This document shows positions 24,727 to 32,000 of a stretch of DNA of 32,000 nucleotides, in pieces. The notes under the pieces are model-generated. The model was given only the letters and a program-made list of their open reading frames with translations, had not been told where the DNA came from and ran no database searches. Numbering within the stretch: position 1 is the first letter of the stretch; each line of letters opens with the position of its first letter. The position numbers and the translations under genes are program-made. The DNA comes from Vibrio alginolyticus NBRC 15630 = ATCC 17749 (GTDB taxonomy: Bacteria; Pseudomonadota; Gammaproteobacteria; Enterobacterales; Vibrionaceae). Location: contig NC_022349.1 of NCBI RefSeq assembly GCF_000354175.2, positions 420,001 through 452,000 on the forward strand. The letters run 5' to 3'.

Positions 24727-25809
24727 ATGAAGTTATCGACAACACCAGCGCAAGATGGCTTCTATTTTCCGGCTGAGTTTCAGCCGGTTAGTGAAGTTTG
24801 GCTAGCGTGGCCAGAAAGGAAAGACAATTGGCGTGATGACGCATTACCCGCGCAAGAAACCTTCGCCAGAATCGCGAACTTAATCGCGGAAGTGGCCAAA
24901 GTGTGTGTGGCGGTGTGCTCGCACAACTTTGACCGAGCGCGTCAAATGCTTCACTCAGATGTACGTTTGGTGGAAATCCCATTTAACGATGCGTGGATGC
25001 GAGACATCGGGCCGACCGTGCTTGTTAACCAAGCGGGCGAGCGCCGTGGGATTAGTTGGCAATTCAACGCGTGGGGCGGCGAATACAACGGCCTTTACGA
25101 CAACTGGCAGCAGGACGATCTTGTCGCTGGTTCGGTGTGCGACATCATCGGTATTGATCATTACCGCGCACCGTTTGTACTTGAAGGTGGGGCGATTCAC
25201 ACCGATGGTGAAGGCACCCTTTACACCACAGAAGAGTGCTTACTTAGTCCGGGGCGAAATCCACAGTTGAGCAAAGCGCAAATTGAAGAGCAGTTAAAGG
25301 CGTATCTCGGTATCGAAAAAGTCATTTGGTTGCCAAATGGTTTATTCAATGACGAAACAGACGGCCATGTTGACAACCTGATGCACGTTATCGCTCCGGG
25401 TAAGGTGGTACTTAGTTGGACCGATGACCCAAGTGATCCGCAATACGCGTTATCTCGTCAAGCGGAACAAGTACTGAAATCTCAGCACGATGCGAAAGGG
25501 CGCAATATTGAAATTGTCCGTTTGCCATTACCGGGTCCGTTGCATTACAGCGAGCGCGAAGCCAATGGCATTGACGCCAGTTCGGGAATGAGTCGACAAG
25601 CTGGCGAACGCCTAAGTGCCTCTTATGCGAACTTTCTTATCGTCAACGAGCATGTGTTCTTGCCGATGCTGGACGAAGAGACCGACGCTATGGCGATCGA
25701 TATTTTGCAAAACGCGATGCCGGAATACCAAATCATCGCGATACCGTCGAGAGAGGTTCTACTCGGCGGAGGGAACATTCACTGTATTACGCAGCAGATC
25801 CCTGCTTAA
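24727..25809 (+). CDS. aguA: Agmatine deiminase
   Basis: 360 aa with DAWMRDIGP, DGHVDN and the C-terminal catalytic GGGNIHCITQQ. Confidence 0.9.
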   Translation: MKLSTTPAQDGFYFPAEFQPVSEVWLAWPERKDNWRDDALPAQETFARIANLIAEVAKVCVAVCSHNFDRARQMLHSDVRLVEIPFNDAWMRDIGPTVLVNQAGERRGISWQFNAWGGEYNGLYDNWQQDDLVAGSVCDIIGIDHYRAPFVLEGGAIHTDGEGTLYTTEECLLSPGRNPQLSKAQIEEQLKAYLGIEKVIWLPNGLFNDETDGHVDNLMHVIAPGKVVLSWTDDPSDPQYALSRQAEQVLKSQHDAKGRNIEIVRLPLPGPLHYSEREANGIDASSGMSRQAGERLSASYANFLIVNEHVFLPMLDEETDAMAIDILQNAMPEYQIIAIPSREVLLGGGNIHCITQQIPA

Positions 25810-25863
25810 ACATAAACTCGCCGCTGGCTTAGCGGCGATGATGAGTTGTCAAAAGGAATGACC

Positions 25864-27291
25864 ATGCAACAGATACAAAACCAAAGCCTTGTTTCGTTTA
25901 TGGTAGCGAATCCACAACAGGGCATTGCAGTGACTAATCCGGCGACCGGAGAACTCCTCGGGTACGCACCAGTTTCAACCGAAAACGACATTTCAAATGG
26001 CATTGAACGTGCCAGTGTGGCGCAGAAAGAGTGGGCGGCACTGCCAGCAAAAATGCGTGCTGGCATGCTCAATCGTTGGTTCCAACTCCTGTTAGAAAAC
26101 AAAGCCGACCTTGGCCGTTTGATGACGTTAGAGCAAGGTAAGCCGCTAGCGGAAGCTCAAGGTGAAGTGCTTTACGGCGCGAGCTTTATCGAATGGTTTG
26201 CTGAAGAAGCGAAGCGTACCTACGGTGAGACGATTCCTGCGCCAAGTGCGGACAAGCGTTTGGTGACCATCAAACAGCCAATTGGTGTCGCCTGTGCGAT
26301 TACACCTTGGAACTTCCCAATTGCGATGATCACGCGCAAAGCAGGGCCAGCTTTAGCAGCAGGCTGTAGCTTTGTGGTAAAACCATCTGAATCTACGCCG
26401 CTGTCTGCGTTTGCGGTTGCAGAGCTTGCCTATCAAGCGGGTATCCCAGGCGATGTGCTGCAAGTGGTATTGGGGGAAAACTCCCGTCAGGTCGGTGCTA
26501 TCTTCACTTCACACCCGTTGATTCGTAAGTTGTCTTTCACTGGCTCTACTCAAGTCGGTAGCGTGCTGATGCAGCAAAGCGCGGCTGACATCAAACGTAC
26601 CTCAATGGAGCTCGGTGGCAACGCGCCATTTATCGTATTCGATGATGCGGATATTGATGCAGCTGTGGCAGGCGCGATGGCGTCGAAGTTCCGTAACGCA
26701 GGCCAAACGTGTGTTTGTGCGAACCGTTTCTATGTACACAGCAAAGTGTATGACGAATTCGTTGCTAAGTTTGACGCTGCGGTTCAGCAGCTCAACGTCG
26801 GTAACGGATTGGAAGAGGGGGTCAACATTGGTCCGGTGATCAGCGAGTCAGCGAAGCAAGGCATTCAAGCGTTGATCGATGGTGCTATCGAGCAAGGCGC
26901 GAAGCCGGTTTCAGAACTTAAAAAGCTGGATGGTCTATTTATGCAGCCAGTGGTTCTCAAAGACGTTACTCACGACATGAAGATTGTCTCTGAGGAAATC
27001 TTTGGTCCTGTCGCACCAGTGATTCGTTTTGACAGCGACGAACAGCTAGTCGAAATGGCGAACGACACCATCTACGGCCTTGCGTCGTACTTCTACAGCC
27101 AAAACATTCACCGTGTTTGGAAAATCGCAGAAGCGCTCGAATACGGCATGGTCGGCATTAACGAAGGCATGATTTCTACTGAAGTTGCTCCTTTCGGTGG
27201 TGTTAAGCAGTCCGGCATCGGACGTGAAGGTGCAAAACAAGGTATCGATGAATACATGGACGTGAAATATCTCTGCTTTGGCGGCAACTAA
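25864..27291 (+). CDS. gabD: Succinate-semialdehyde dehydrogenase (NAD(P)+)
   Basis: ALDH with ITPWNFP, MELGGNAP and NAGQTCVCANR. The track start is a TTG at 25846. The ATG at 25864 lies 7 nt after AGGA and is preferred; the ATG at 25858 is also possible. Confidence 0.88.
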   Translation: MQQIQNQSLVSFMVANPQQGIAVTNPATGELLGYAPVSTENDISNGIERASVAQKEWAALPAKMRAGMLNRWFQLLLENKADLGRLMTLEQGKPLAEAQGEVLYGASFIEWFAEEAKRTYGETIPAPSADKRLVTIKQPIGVACAITPWNFPIAMITRKAGPALAAGCSFVVKPSESTPLSAFAVAELAYQAGIPGDVLQVVLGENSRQVGAIFTSHPLIRKLSFTGSTQVGSVLMQQSAADIKRTSMELGGNAPFIVFDDADIDAAVAGAMASKFRNAGQTCVCANRFYVHSKVYDEFVAKFDAAVQQLNVGNGLEEGVNIGPVISESAKQGIQALIDGAIEQGAKPVSELKKLDGLFMQPVVLKDVTHDMKIVSEEIFGPVAPVIRFDSDEQLVEMANDTIYGLASYFYSQNIHRVWKIAEALEYGMVGINEGMISTEVAPFGGVKQSGIGREGAKQGIDEYMDVKYLCFGGN

Positions 27292-27305
27292 TTAAGGACA
27301 AAACA

Positions 27306-28577
27306 ATGACAAACCAACAACTACACGAAAGAAGAAGCCAAGTTATCGCTCAAGGCATGGGCGCACTGTACCCGCTTTACGTCGAGAAAGCTGAAAACGC
27401 TTACGTATGGGATATCGAAGGCAACAAATACATCGACTTTGCAGCTGGCATCGCGGTAACTAACACCGGGCATTCTCACAAGCGCATTAGCGAAGCGGTA
27501 AAAGCTCAGCTGGACAACTTCTCACACACGTGTGCGATGGTTACGCCATACGCGTCATTCGTAGAGCTGGCTGAAAAGCTGACAGAACTTGCACCAGGTG
27601 AGACTAAGAAGAAAGCGATCTTTCTAACCACTGGCGCCGAGGCGGTCGAAAATGCCGTAAAAGTGGCACGCGCTCATACAGGCCGTAGCGGCGTGATAGC
27701 GTTTAAAGGCGGCTTTCACGGTCGCACAAATATGACGATGGGGTTAACTGGTAAAGTTGCGCCATATAAAGCAGGCTTTGGTCCTTTCCCGAATGAAATC
27801 TATCACGCGCCGTACCCAAATGCGTTCCACGGCATCAGCGTTGAGCAAAGCTTACAAGCAATCGACGATCTGTTTGCTTGCGATATCGAACCTTCACGCG
27901 TTGCGGCGATCATCTTCGAGCCAGTACAAGGTGAGGGCGGCTTCTACAAAGCACCTGAAGCGTTTGCACAAGGCTTACGTCAGCTGTGTGATAAGCACGG
28001 TATCATGCTGATTGCCGATGAAATCCAAACGGGTTTTGCTCGTACCGGTAAAATGTTTGCCACAGAGTACCTAGGCATTGAACCAGACCTAATGACAATG
28101 GCGAAAGGCATTGCTGGTGGTTTCCCAATCTCAGCGGTAGTTGGGAAAGCGGATGTGATGGATTCTGCACTACCTGGTGGTTTAGGTGGCACTTATGCGG
28201 GCTCGCCACTTGGCTGTGTTGCTGGTCTTGAAGTACTGAAAATTATCGAAGAAGAAGACTTGTGTGCTAAAGCAATGGGTATCGGTGAAGTGGTCAATGC
28301 TCGTATGACAAAACTGCAACAGTCAGTGCCTGCTATCGGTGAAATCCGTACTACAGGTGCGATGATGGCGATTGAATTTACTGATCCTGAAACGGGTGAG
28401 CCGCTACAAGAGATGACCAAAGCGGTGATTTCTAAAGCGCAAGAAAATGGTCTGATTTTGCTTTCTTGTGGGGTAAAAGCGAACGTGATTCGCTTGTTGC
28501 CGCCGCTAACCATTGAGCCTGAAGTGCTTAGTGAAGGTTTAGATAAGTTGGAAAAAGTGATTCTTGAAGTGGCGTAA
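27306..28577 (+). CDS. gabT: 4-aminobutyrate--2-oxoglutarate aminotransferase (class III PLP aminotransferase; GabT/PuuE role)
   Basis: 423 aa with GFHGRT, DEIQTGFARTG and the PLP-lysine region TMAKGIAGG. Confidence 0.9.
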   Translation: MTNQQLHERRSQVIAQGMGALYPLYVEKAENAYVWDIEGNKYIDFAAGIAVTNTGHSHKRISEAVKAQLDNFSHTCAMVTPYASFVELAEKLTELAPGETKKKAIFLTTGAEAVENAVKVARAHTGRSGVIAFKGGFHGRTNMTMGLTGKVAPYKAGFGPFPNEIYHAPYPNAFHGISVEQSLQAIDDLFACDIEPSRVAAIIFEPVQGEGGFYKAPEAFAQGLRQLCDKHGIMLIADEIQTGFARTGKMFATEYLGIEPDLMTMAKGIAGGFPISAVVGKADVMDSALPGGLGGTYAGSPLGCVAGLEVLKIIEEEDLCAKAMGIGEVVNARMTKLQQSVPAIGEIRTTGAMMAIEFTDPETGEPLQEMTKAVISKAQENGLILLSCGVKANVIRLLPPLTIEPEVLSEGLDKLEKVILEVA

Positions 28578-28610
28578 TTCACGCGCTTTTAAATAGCAAT
28601 AACAAATCAA

Positions 28611-28648
28611 GGAAGCGGTTGGTATCAATCGTTTCCTTTTTGTTTTTT
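28611..28648 (+). terminator. Rho-independent terminator ending the 8-gene operon
   Basis: GGAAGCG (28611-28617) pairs imperfectly with CGTTTCC (28630-28636), followed by TTTTTGTTTTTT. Confidence 0.6.
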
Positions 28649-28895
28649 AGCGTATCTGCTGCCTATCTAAAAAGTATTGCTCAAGCTCCAAGTCGTCACT
28701 TTTATTACGGATGACTTAACAATTGGGCTCGTTCTTACTTTCCACTTAGTCGCTACTTTGTTCTCCTCGAATGTGGTTTGGTGCTCACATTCTAAATCCC
28801 GACATCTGAAAGCCACTTGAGTCTATAATTTTATTGAGCGTCATTCCTCACTTTTTGGACTATAAAAATGAGATAGTATTCATATCCCACTTAGG

Positions 28896-30419
28896 TTGCT
28901 TGACAGATTAGCAGGACGAACTTTGATAACAAAGAATACAAGGTATGCCATTTTACTCGGCTTAGTTCCCATCGCCATATTTGTAGTGGCCTTTCATTCG
29001 ATAACCAACTTTTACGTCAACTCGGTAAAAGCGTCGAAAATAGATGCTTACGTAGATTATTTAAATCAAAGGTCTGCCTATTTGGACGGAGCAATAGTGA
29101 AGCAGATTGCTCAGTTAGATTTTACTTGTAGTGATAGTGATGTAAGAACTTTACGCGACCCACGTTTTTATAACCGTTACATTCGTTTTATTGCGATGAC
29201 CACAGAAGGCGGAAAAACGTGTTCCACGGTTGGTAGTGAAGTGTCTCGCCCATCTAGTAGTGAACGATTTCAGATGGATGAAAACTTTTTCGCATCACTT
29301 ATTTTGCCGCAACAGAATGACCAAATAGAGTGGATGGTCATTTATGATAATGAACACGTTGAAGTCTTCTGGGTACTTGATAACAGTTGGGTTAACGAGG
29401 TAATAAAAACGCCTTGCAAAGACTGCCTATTTGTAGAGTTTAAGTATGATGAACCAATATTTGGTGATTTAACGATAAGCCGTGGCAAAGCGAATATTGC
29501 AGGAGAAGAAAACGCACTGTCAAAAGAGTTTTTCTTTTCAGGAGAGTCTCAAGCCAACATGCTCATCAAGATATACAGCGGTGAAAAACTTAAAAATTAT
29601 GCTCAGGAAAGAGTACTTTTGTGGGGCGGTCTTGTAAGTGTGCTTGCTGGTCTTGTGACTGCCTTTGCATACATATCTGGTAAAAGCTTGAGAAAATCCA
29701 TTACAGGTCTAATTGAAAATGGGATTAGTAATACAGAATTTATTCCTTACTACCAGGCGATTGTCGATAGTCGCGATGGTAAGACAGTAGGATATGAAGC
29801 TCTGATTCGATGGTCGCGACGTGATGGAATGGTGCCACCAAATATGTTTATTGGTGCTGCAGAAGAAAGTGGCCTGATTATCCCGATGACCAATCAGCTT
29901 ATTCGTAAAATCATACAAGACTTAAGTGACTTGCCCGAGCATACGTGGGTCAGCATCAATATTGTTTCCTCCCATTTAGAGTCAGGCGTATTAACGAAGT
30001 TGCTGTCGGAGTTAAATTGGCCAATCTCGAATAGAATTCATTTTGAGTTGACCGAGAGAATACCAGTAAAAGACACTGAGGCCGCGAAAAAAGAGATTTT
30101 GTATTTAACGAATAAAGGCTACAAGTTCAAAATTGACGATTTTGGTACCGGATATGGTGGCTTTTCTTACCTACAAGATTTGGGCATCCGGTGTGTAAAA
30201 GTGGATAAGATGTTCATTGATCCAATAGGATCTGACGATCAAAAGTTGAAAGTGCTGGACTCAATTGTGTCTGCAGCGAACAAAGCGGAATGTGAGATGA
30301 TTGCAGAAGGTGTAGAGAGCCAGGCTCAAGTCGAATATCTGGCTCAGCATGCGATTTACCTTATTCAAGGTTATGTTTACGCTAAACCAGAGCCCCTGAC
30401 TAACCTTGCAAGCGCTTAA
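28896..30419 (+). CDS. CSS-motif sensor domain / EAL domain c-di-GMP phosphodiesterase (membrane-bound)
   Basis: 507 aa with TM1, a periplasmic region carrying two Cys 31 residues apart (TCSDSD...KTCSTVG), TM2, then an EAL domain with EALIRW, ELTER, DDFGTGYGG, KVDK, EGVES and QGY. The start is uncertain: TTG at 28896 with no nearby ATG. Confidence 0.85.
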   Translation: MLDRLAGRTLITKNTRYAILLGLVPIAIFVVAFHSITNFYVNSVKASKIDAYVDYLNQRSAYLDGAIVKQIAQLDFTCSDSDVRTLRDPRFYNRYIRFIAMTTEGGKTCSTVGSEVSRPSSSERFQMDENFFASLILPQQNDQIEWMVIYDNEHVEVFWVLDNSWVNEVIKTPCKDCLFVEFKYDEPIFGDLTISRGKANIAGEENALSKEFFFSGESQANMLIKIYSGEKLKNYAQERVLLWGGLVSVLAGLVTAFAYISGKSLRKSITGLIENGISNTEFIPYYQAIVDSRDGKTVGYEALIRWSRRDGMVPPNMFIGAAEESGLIIPMTNQLIRKIIQDLSDLPEHTWVSINIVSSHLESGVLTKLLSELNWPISNRIHFELTERIPVKDTEAAKKEILYLTNKGYKFKIDDFGTGYGGFSYLQDLGIRCVKVDKMFIDPIGSDDQKLKVLDSIVSAANKAECEMIAEGVESQAQVEYLAQHAIYLIQGYVYAKPEPLTNLASA

Positions 30420-30504
30420 CAGCCATAATGTCAAAATGTACCGTTTTAAAGGTGTCAGTTGCCTAGGTTAGCGCTGATTTCTGCTGATGGGGTTACACTT
30501 GAGG

Positions 30505-30542
30505 ATTCCTAACACTCTCATTACTTCTAGAGTGTTAGGAAT
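30505..30542. terminator. 14-bp perfect hairpin between the convergent EAL and EamA genes (bidirectional terminator candidate)
   Basis: ATTCCTAACACTCT (30505-30518), 10-nt loop, AGAGTGTTAGGAAT (30529-30542). The U-tracts are weak. Confidence 0.5.
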
Positions 30543-30551
30543 TAACGTTAC

Positions 30552-31439
30552 TTAGGAGGAGAGTGCGGCTCTTTTCGTTTTGATTGACGTAATGAGCTGA
30601 GGTAGTAATGACATTACGATCATTCCTAGCATTAAGCTGTATTGCAGAGGAGTGAACGTTTCCCCCAATAGCAGTAGGCCCGAAACAATGCCTGCGACTG
30701 GGTTTGCAATACCACCAAAGGTAAAATCTACGACCGACATCCGCTGTAATAACCATACATACATGCCATACCCTAATGCGGTGTTCAGAATAACTACCCA
30801 CAGTAACCCTAGAATATTCGTCATGGATACGTCCTGAACGACCGTAACATATGGCTCTGGATTGTTTATCGCCAGCACACTTGTTGCGATAGACATAATC
30901 ACGCCACCCAAAATGAGCTGCCATGTTAGCACTGTCCACCAGTGCATTTTTGTACCTAGTGACTTTGTTACGCTACTTCCTATCACGATGCACATAATGG
31001 CGGAGATCATCGCAAGTAAGCCCACGGGTTCGAGAGAAATAGAGCTAGGATCAAATAAGAACCAAGCTAAAGCAATCAAAGTTGCGCCGCTTATCGCTTG
31101 AATGCCACTAGGCTGACGTTTGTAGACCGCCCAACCAAACAGCATCGCAAAAACGGGGACCGAAACCATACCAACACCAGAGATGGCAGAAGGAAGCGTC
31201 AACGCCATGACAAAAATGAGACCAAAGAAGCAAGCGATGTTGATGGTTCCTAAAACAAGCAGCACTTTCCACTCACTTCTTTTTGGAAACGAGGGCTTTA
31301 TTGCCAGCAACAAAAGACCCGCAGGCAGTGCCCTTAGAGCACCAAGTAAAACGGGAGGCCAGTCCGGTAGAGTAAACTGAGTAACAGCGTAAGTCGTCCC
31401 CCAAAAAAAGGCAGGAATCATCGCAAGTAAAATGTTCAT
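30552..31439 (-). CDS. EamA/DMT-superfamily transporter (10-TM)
   Basis: 295 aa with two EamA-like halves. The overlapping track ORF 30535..30939(-) and the plus-strand ORFs are spurious. Confidence 0.85.
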   Translation of the reverse strand: MNILLAMIPAFFWGTTYAVTQFTLPDWPPVLLGALRALPAGLLLLAIKPSFPKRSEWKVLLVLGTINIACFFGLIFVMALTLPSAISGVGMVSVPVFAMLFGWAVYKRQPSGIQAISGATLIALAWFLFDPSSISLEPVGLLAMISAIMCIVIGSSVTKSLGTKMHWWTVLTWQLILGGVIMSIATSVLAINNPEPYVTVVQDVSMTNILGLLWVVILNTALGYGMYVWLLQRMSVVDFTFGGIANPVAGIVSGLLLLGETFTPLQYSLMLGMIVMSLLPQLITSIKTKRAALSS

Positions 31440-31445
31440 GTTAAA

Positions 31446-31514
31446 TATCTTTATGTAGAGATAATTAAATGTAACGATATCGGCAAGGTGGCTTTTTGTA
31501 AAGTATCTTTATGT
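31446..31514. promoter_or_regulatory. Divergent eamA/marR control region with an 11-bp direct repeat
   Basis: TATCTTTATGT occurs at 31446-31456 and again at 31504-31514. Confidence 0.35.
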
Positions 31515-31549
31515 TAAAATAAAAAATATATGATGTTTGGAGAGAAATA

Positions 31550-32000
31550 ATGGATGCAATTGATAGAGTGGTAGAGCAGTGGGCTAGGGAGAAGCCAGAC
31601 CTCGACACTGAACCGATGGCAATAATGGGTCGACTAATGCGAATTGCAAAACACATGGAATCTAGGGTCGCCGAGCTACATAAGAAGTACGATCTGAAAA
31701 TGGGTGAATTTGATGTGTTAGCGACACTGCGTCGAGCTGGTTCACCATATTGTCTTACTCCCTCAGCGTTAATAGAGTCAATGATGCTCACTTCGGGTGC
31801 GATGACCAATCGCTTAGATAAACTAGAGAAGAAAGGGTTTATTACCAGAACCCATAGCAAAGAAGACCGACGTAGCGTCACCGTTGAACTAACAGAGCAA
31901 GGCTTAACCTTAATTGACAAGCTAATTTTGGAGCATGTAGACGTTCAGCAATCGTTATTGCATGGTTTAGAAGGCAATGAAAAAGAGCGGGTTAACCAGG
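31550..32000 (+). CDS. MarR family transcriptional regulator (C-terminus beyond the window end)
   Basis: My own translation gives MDAIDRVVEQWAREKPDLDTEPMAIMGRLMRIAKHMESRVAELHKKYDLKMGEFDVLATLRRAGSPYCLTPSALIESMMLTSGAMTNRLDKLEKKGFITRTHSKEDRRSVTVELTEQGLTLIDK..., a winged-helix MarR pattern. A GGAGAG RBS is present. The track's 31465..31920(-) ORF is its antisense shadow. Confidence 0.85.
   Translation, partial: MDAIDRVVEQWAREKPDLDTEPMAIMGRLMRIAKHMESRVAELHKKYDLKMGEFDVLATLRRAGSPYCLTPSALIESMMLTSGAMTNRLDKLEKKGFITRTHSKEDRRSVTVELTEQGLTLIDKLILEHVDVQQSLLHGLEGNEKERVNQ

Noticed and set aside
20258-28582. Overlapping ORFs within the puu/agu/gab operon (for example 20470..20742, 20934..21170, 22068..22331, 23286..23525, 24905..25270, 25806..26102, 28193..28582)
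   Set aside because: All overlap well-supported enzyme genes in other frames or on the opposite strand. None has an independent RBS or family resemblance.
30535-30939. 134-aa minus-strand ORF, plus plus-strand ORFs 30652..30837, 30862..31101 and 31183..31380
   Set aside because: All overlap the EamA transporter gene (30552..31439, minus strand) in other frames. The sequences do not look like real proteins.
31465-31920. 151-aa minus-strand track ORF
   Set aside because: It is antisense to a clear MarR-family reading frame (31550 onward, plus strand), which has an RBS and family motifs. The minus-strand protein is low-complexity (Ser/Ile-rich), with no RBS.
1-32000. CRISPR arrays, transposases/IS elements, prophage genes, toxin-antitoxin pairs and known defence systems
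   Set aside because: I looked for regularly spaced direct repeats and for characteristic proteins in all six frames of the track and found none. All large ORFs have metabolic, transport or regulatory assignments.

Overview
This is a Vibrionaceae-like chromosomal window; that assignment is inferred from protein families and gene order, since no database was searched. It has four blocks. (1) 1-7.6 kb is core metabolism: a partial OppA-like peptide-binding protein, an M20 peptidase, and a translationally coupled tyrosine-degradation operon hppD-hmgA-fahA-maiA with a near-consensus TyrR box upstream. A membrane-anchored DUF2726/zinc-ribbon protein and a small secreted protein follow. (2) 7.8-8.0 kb holds two tandem tRNA-Val(GAC) genes with their own promoter and terminator. 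(3) About 8.04-16.43 kb is a visibly AT-richer island of 13 small genes, all on the minus strand. The genes are unrelated to each other: zinc-ribbon peptide, DJ-1/PfpI, VOC/glyoxalase, lipoproteins, NTF2-like, DUF1311, TIGR03643, GNAT, DUF1801, YnfA, DUF4336. They are separated by structured spacers that share short oriented motifs (GGTGTT(T)AAG, TAACAAAG, GTTATGTT). The content and layout resemble integron cassettes, but I found no integrase and no convincing canonical attC. This island is the most unusual part of the window. (4) 16.5-28.6 kb is a polyamine catabolic supercluster. puuA plus an NhaC-family transporter lie divergent from an 8-gene operon, puuD-puuR-puuC-puuB-aguB-aguA-gabD-gabT, which encodes a complete predicted agmatine-to-succinate route. 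The shared control region carries palindromic PuuR-type operators. The window ends with a CSS-motif/EAL c-di-GMP phosphodiesterase and a divergent EamA-transporter/MarR pair, with MarR truncated at the window end. I saw no CRISPR array, transposase, integrase, phage genes or recognisable defence genes. Many track ORFs antisense to or overlapping the real genes are judged spurious.
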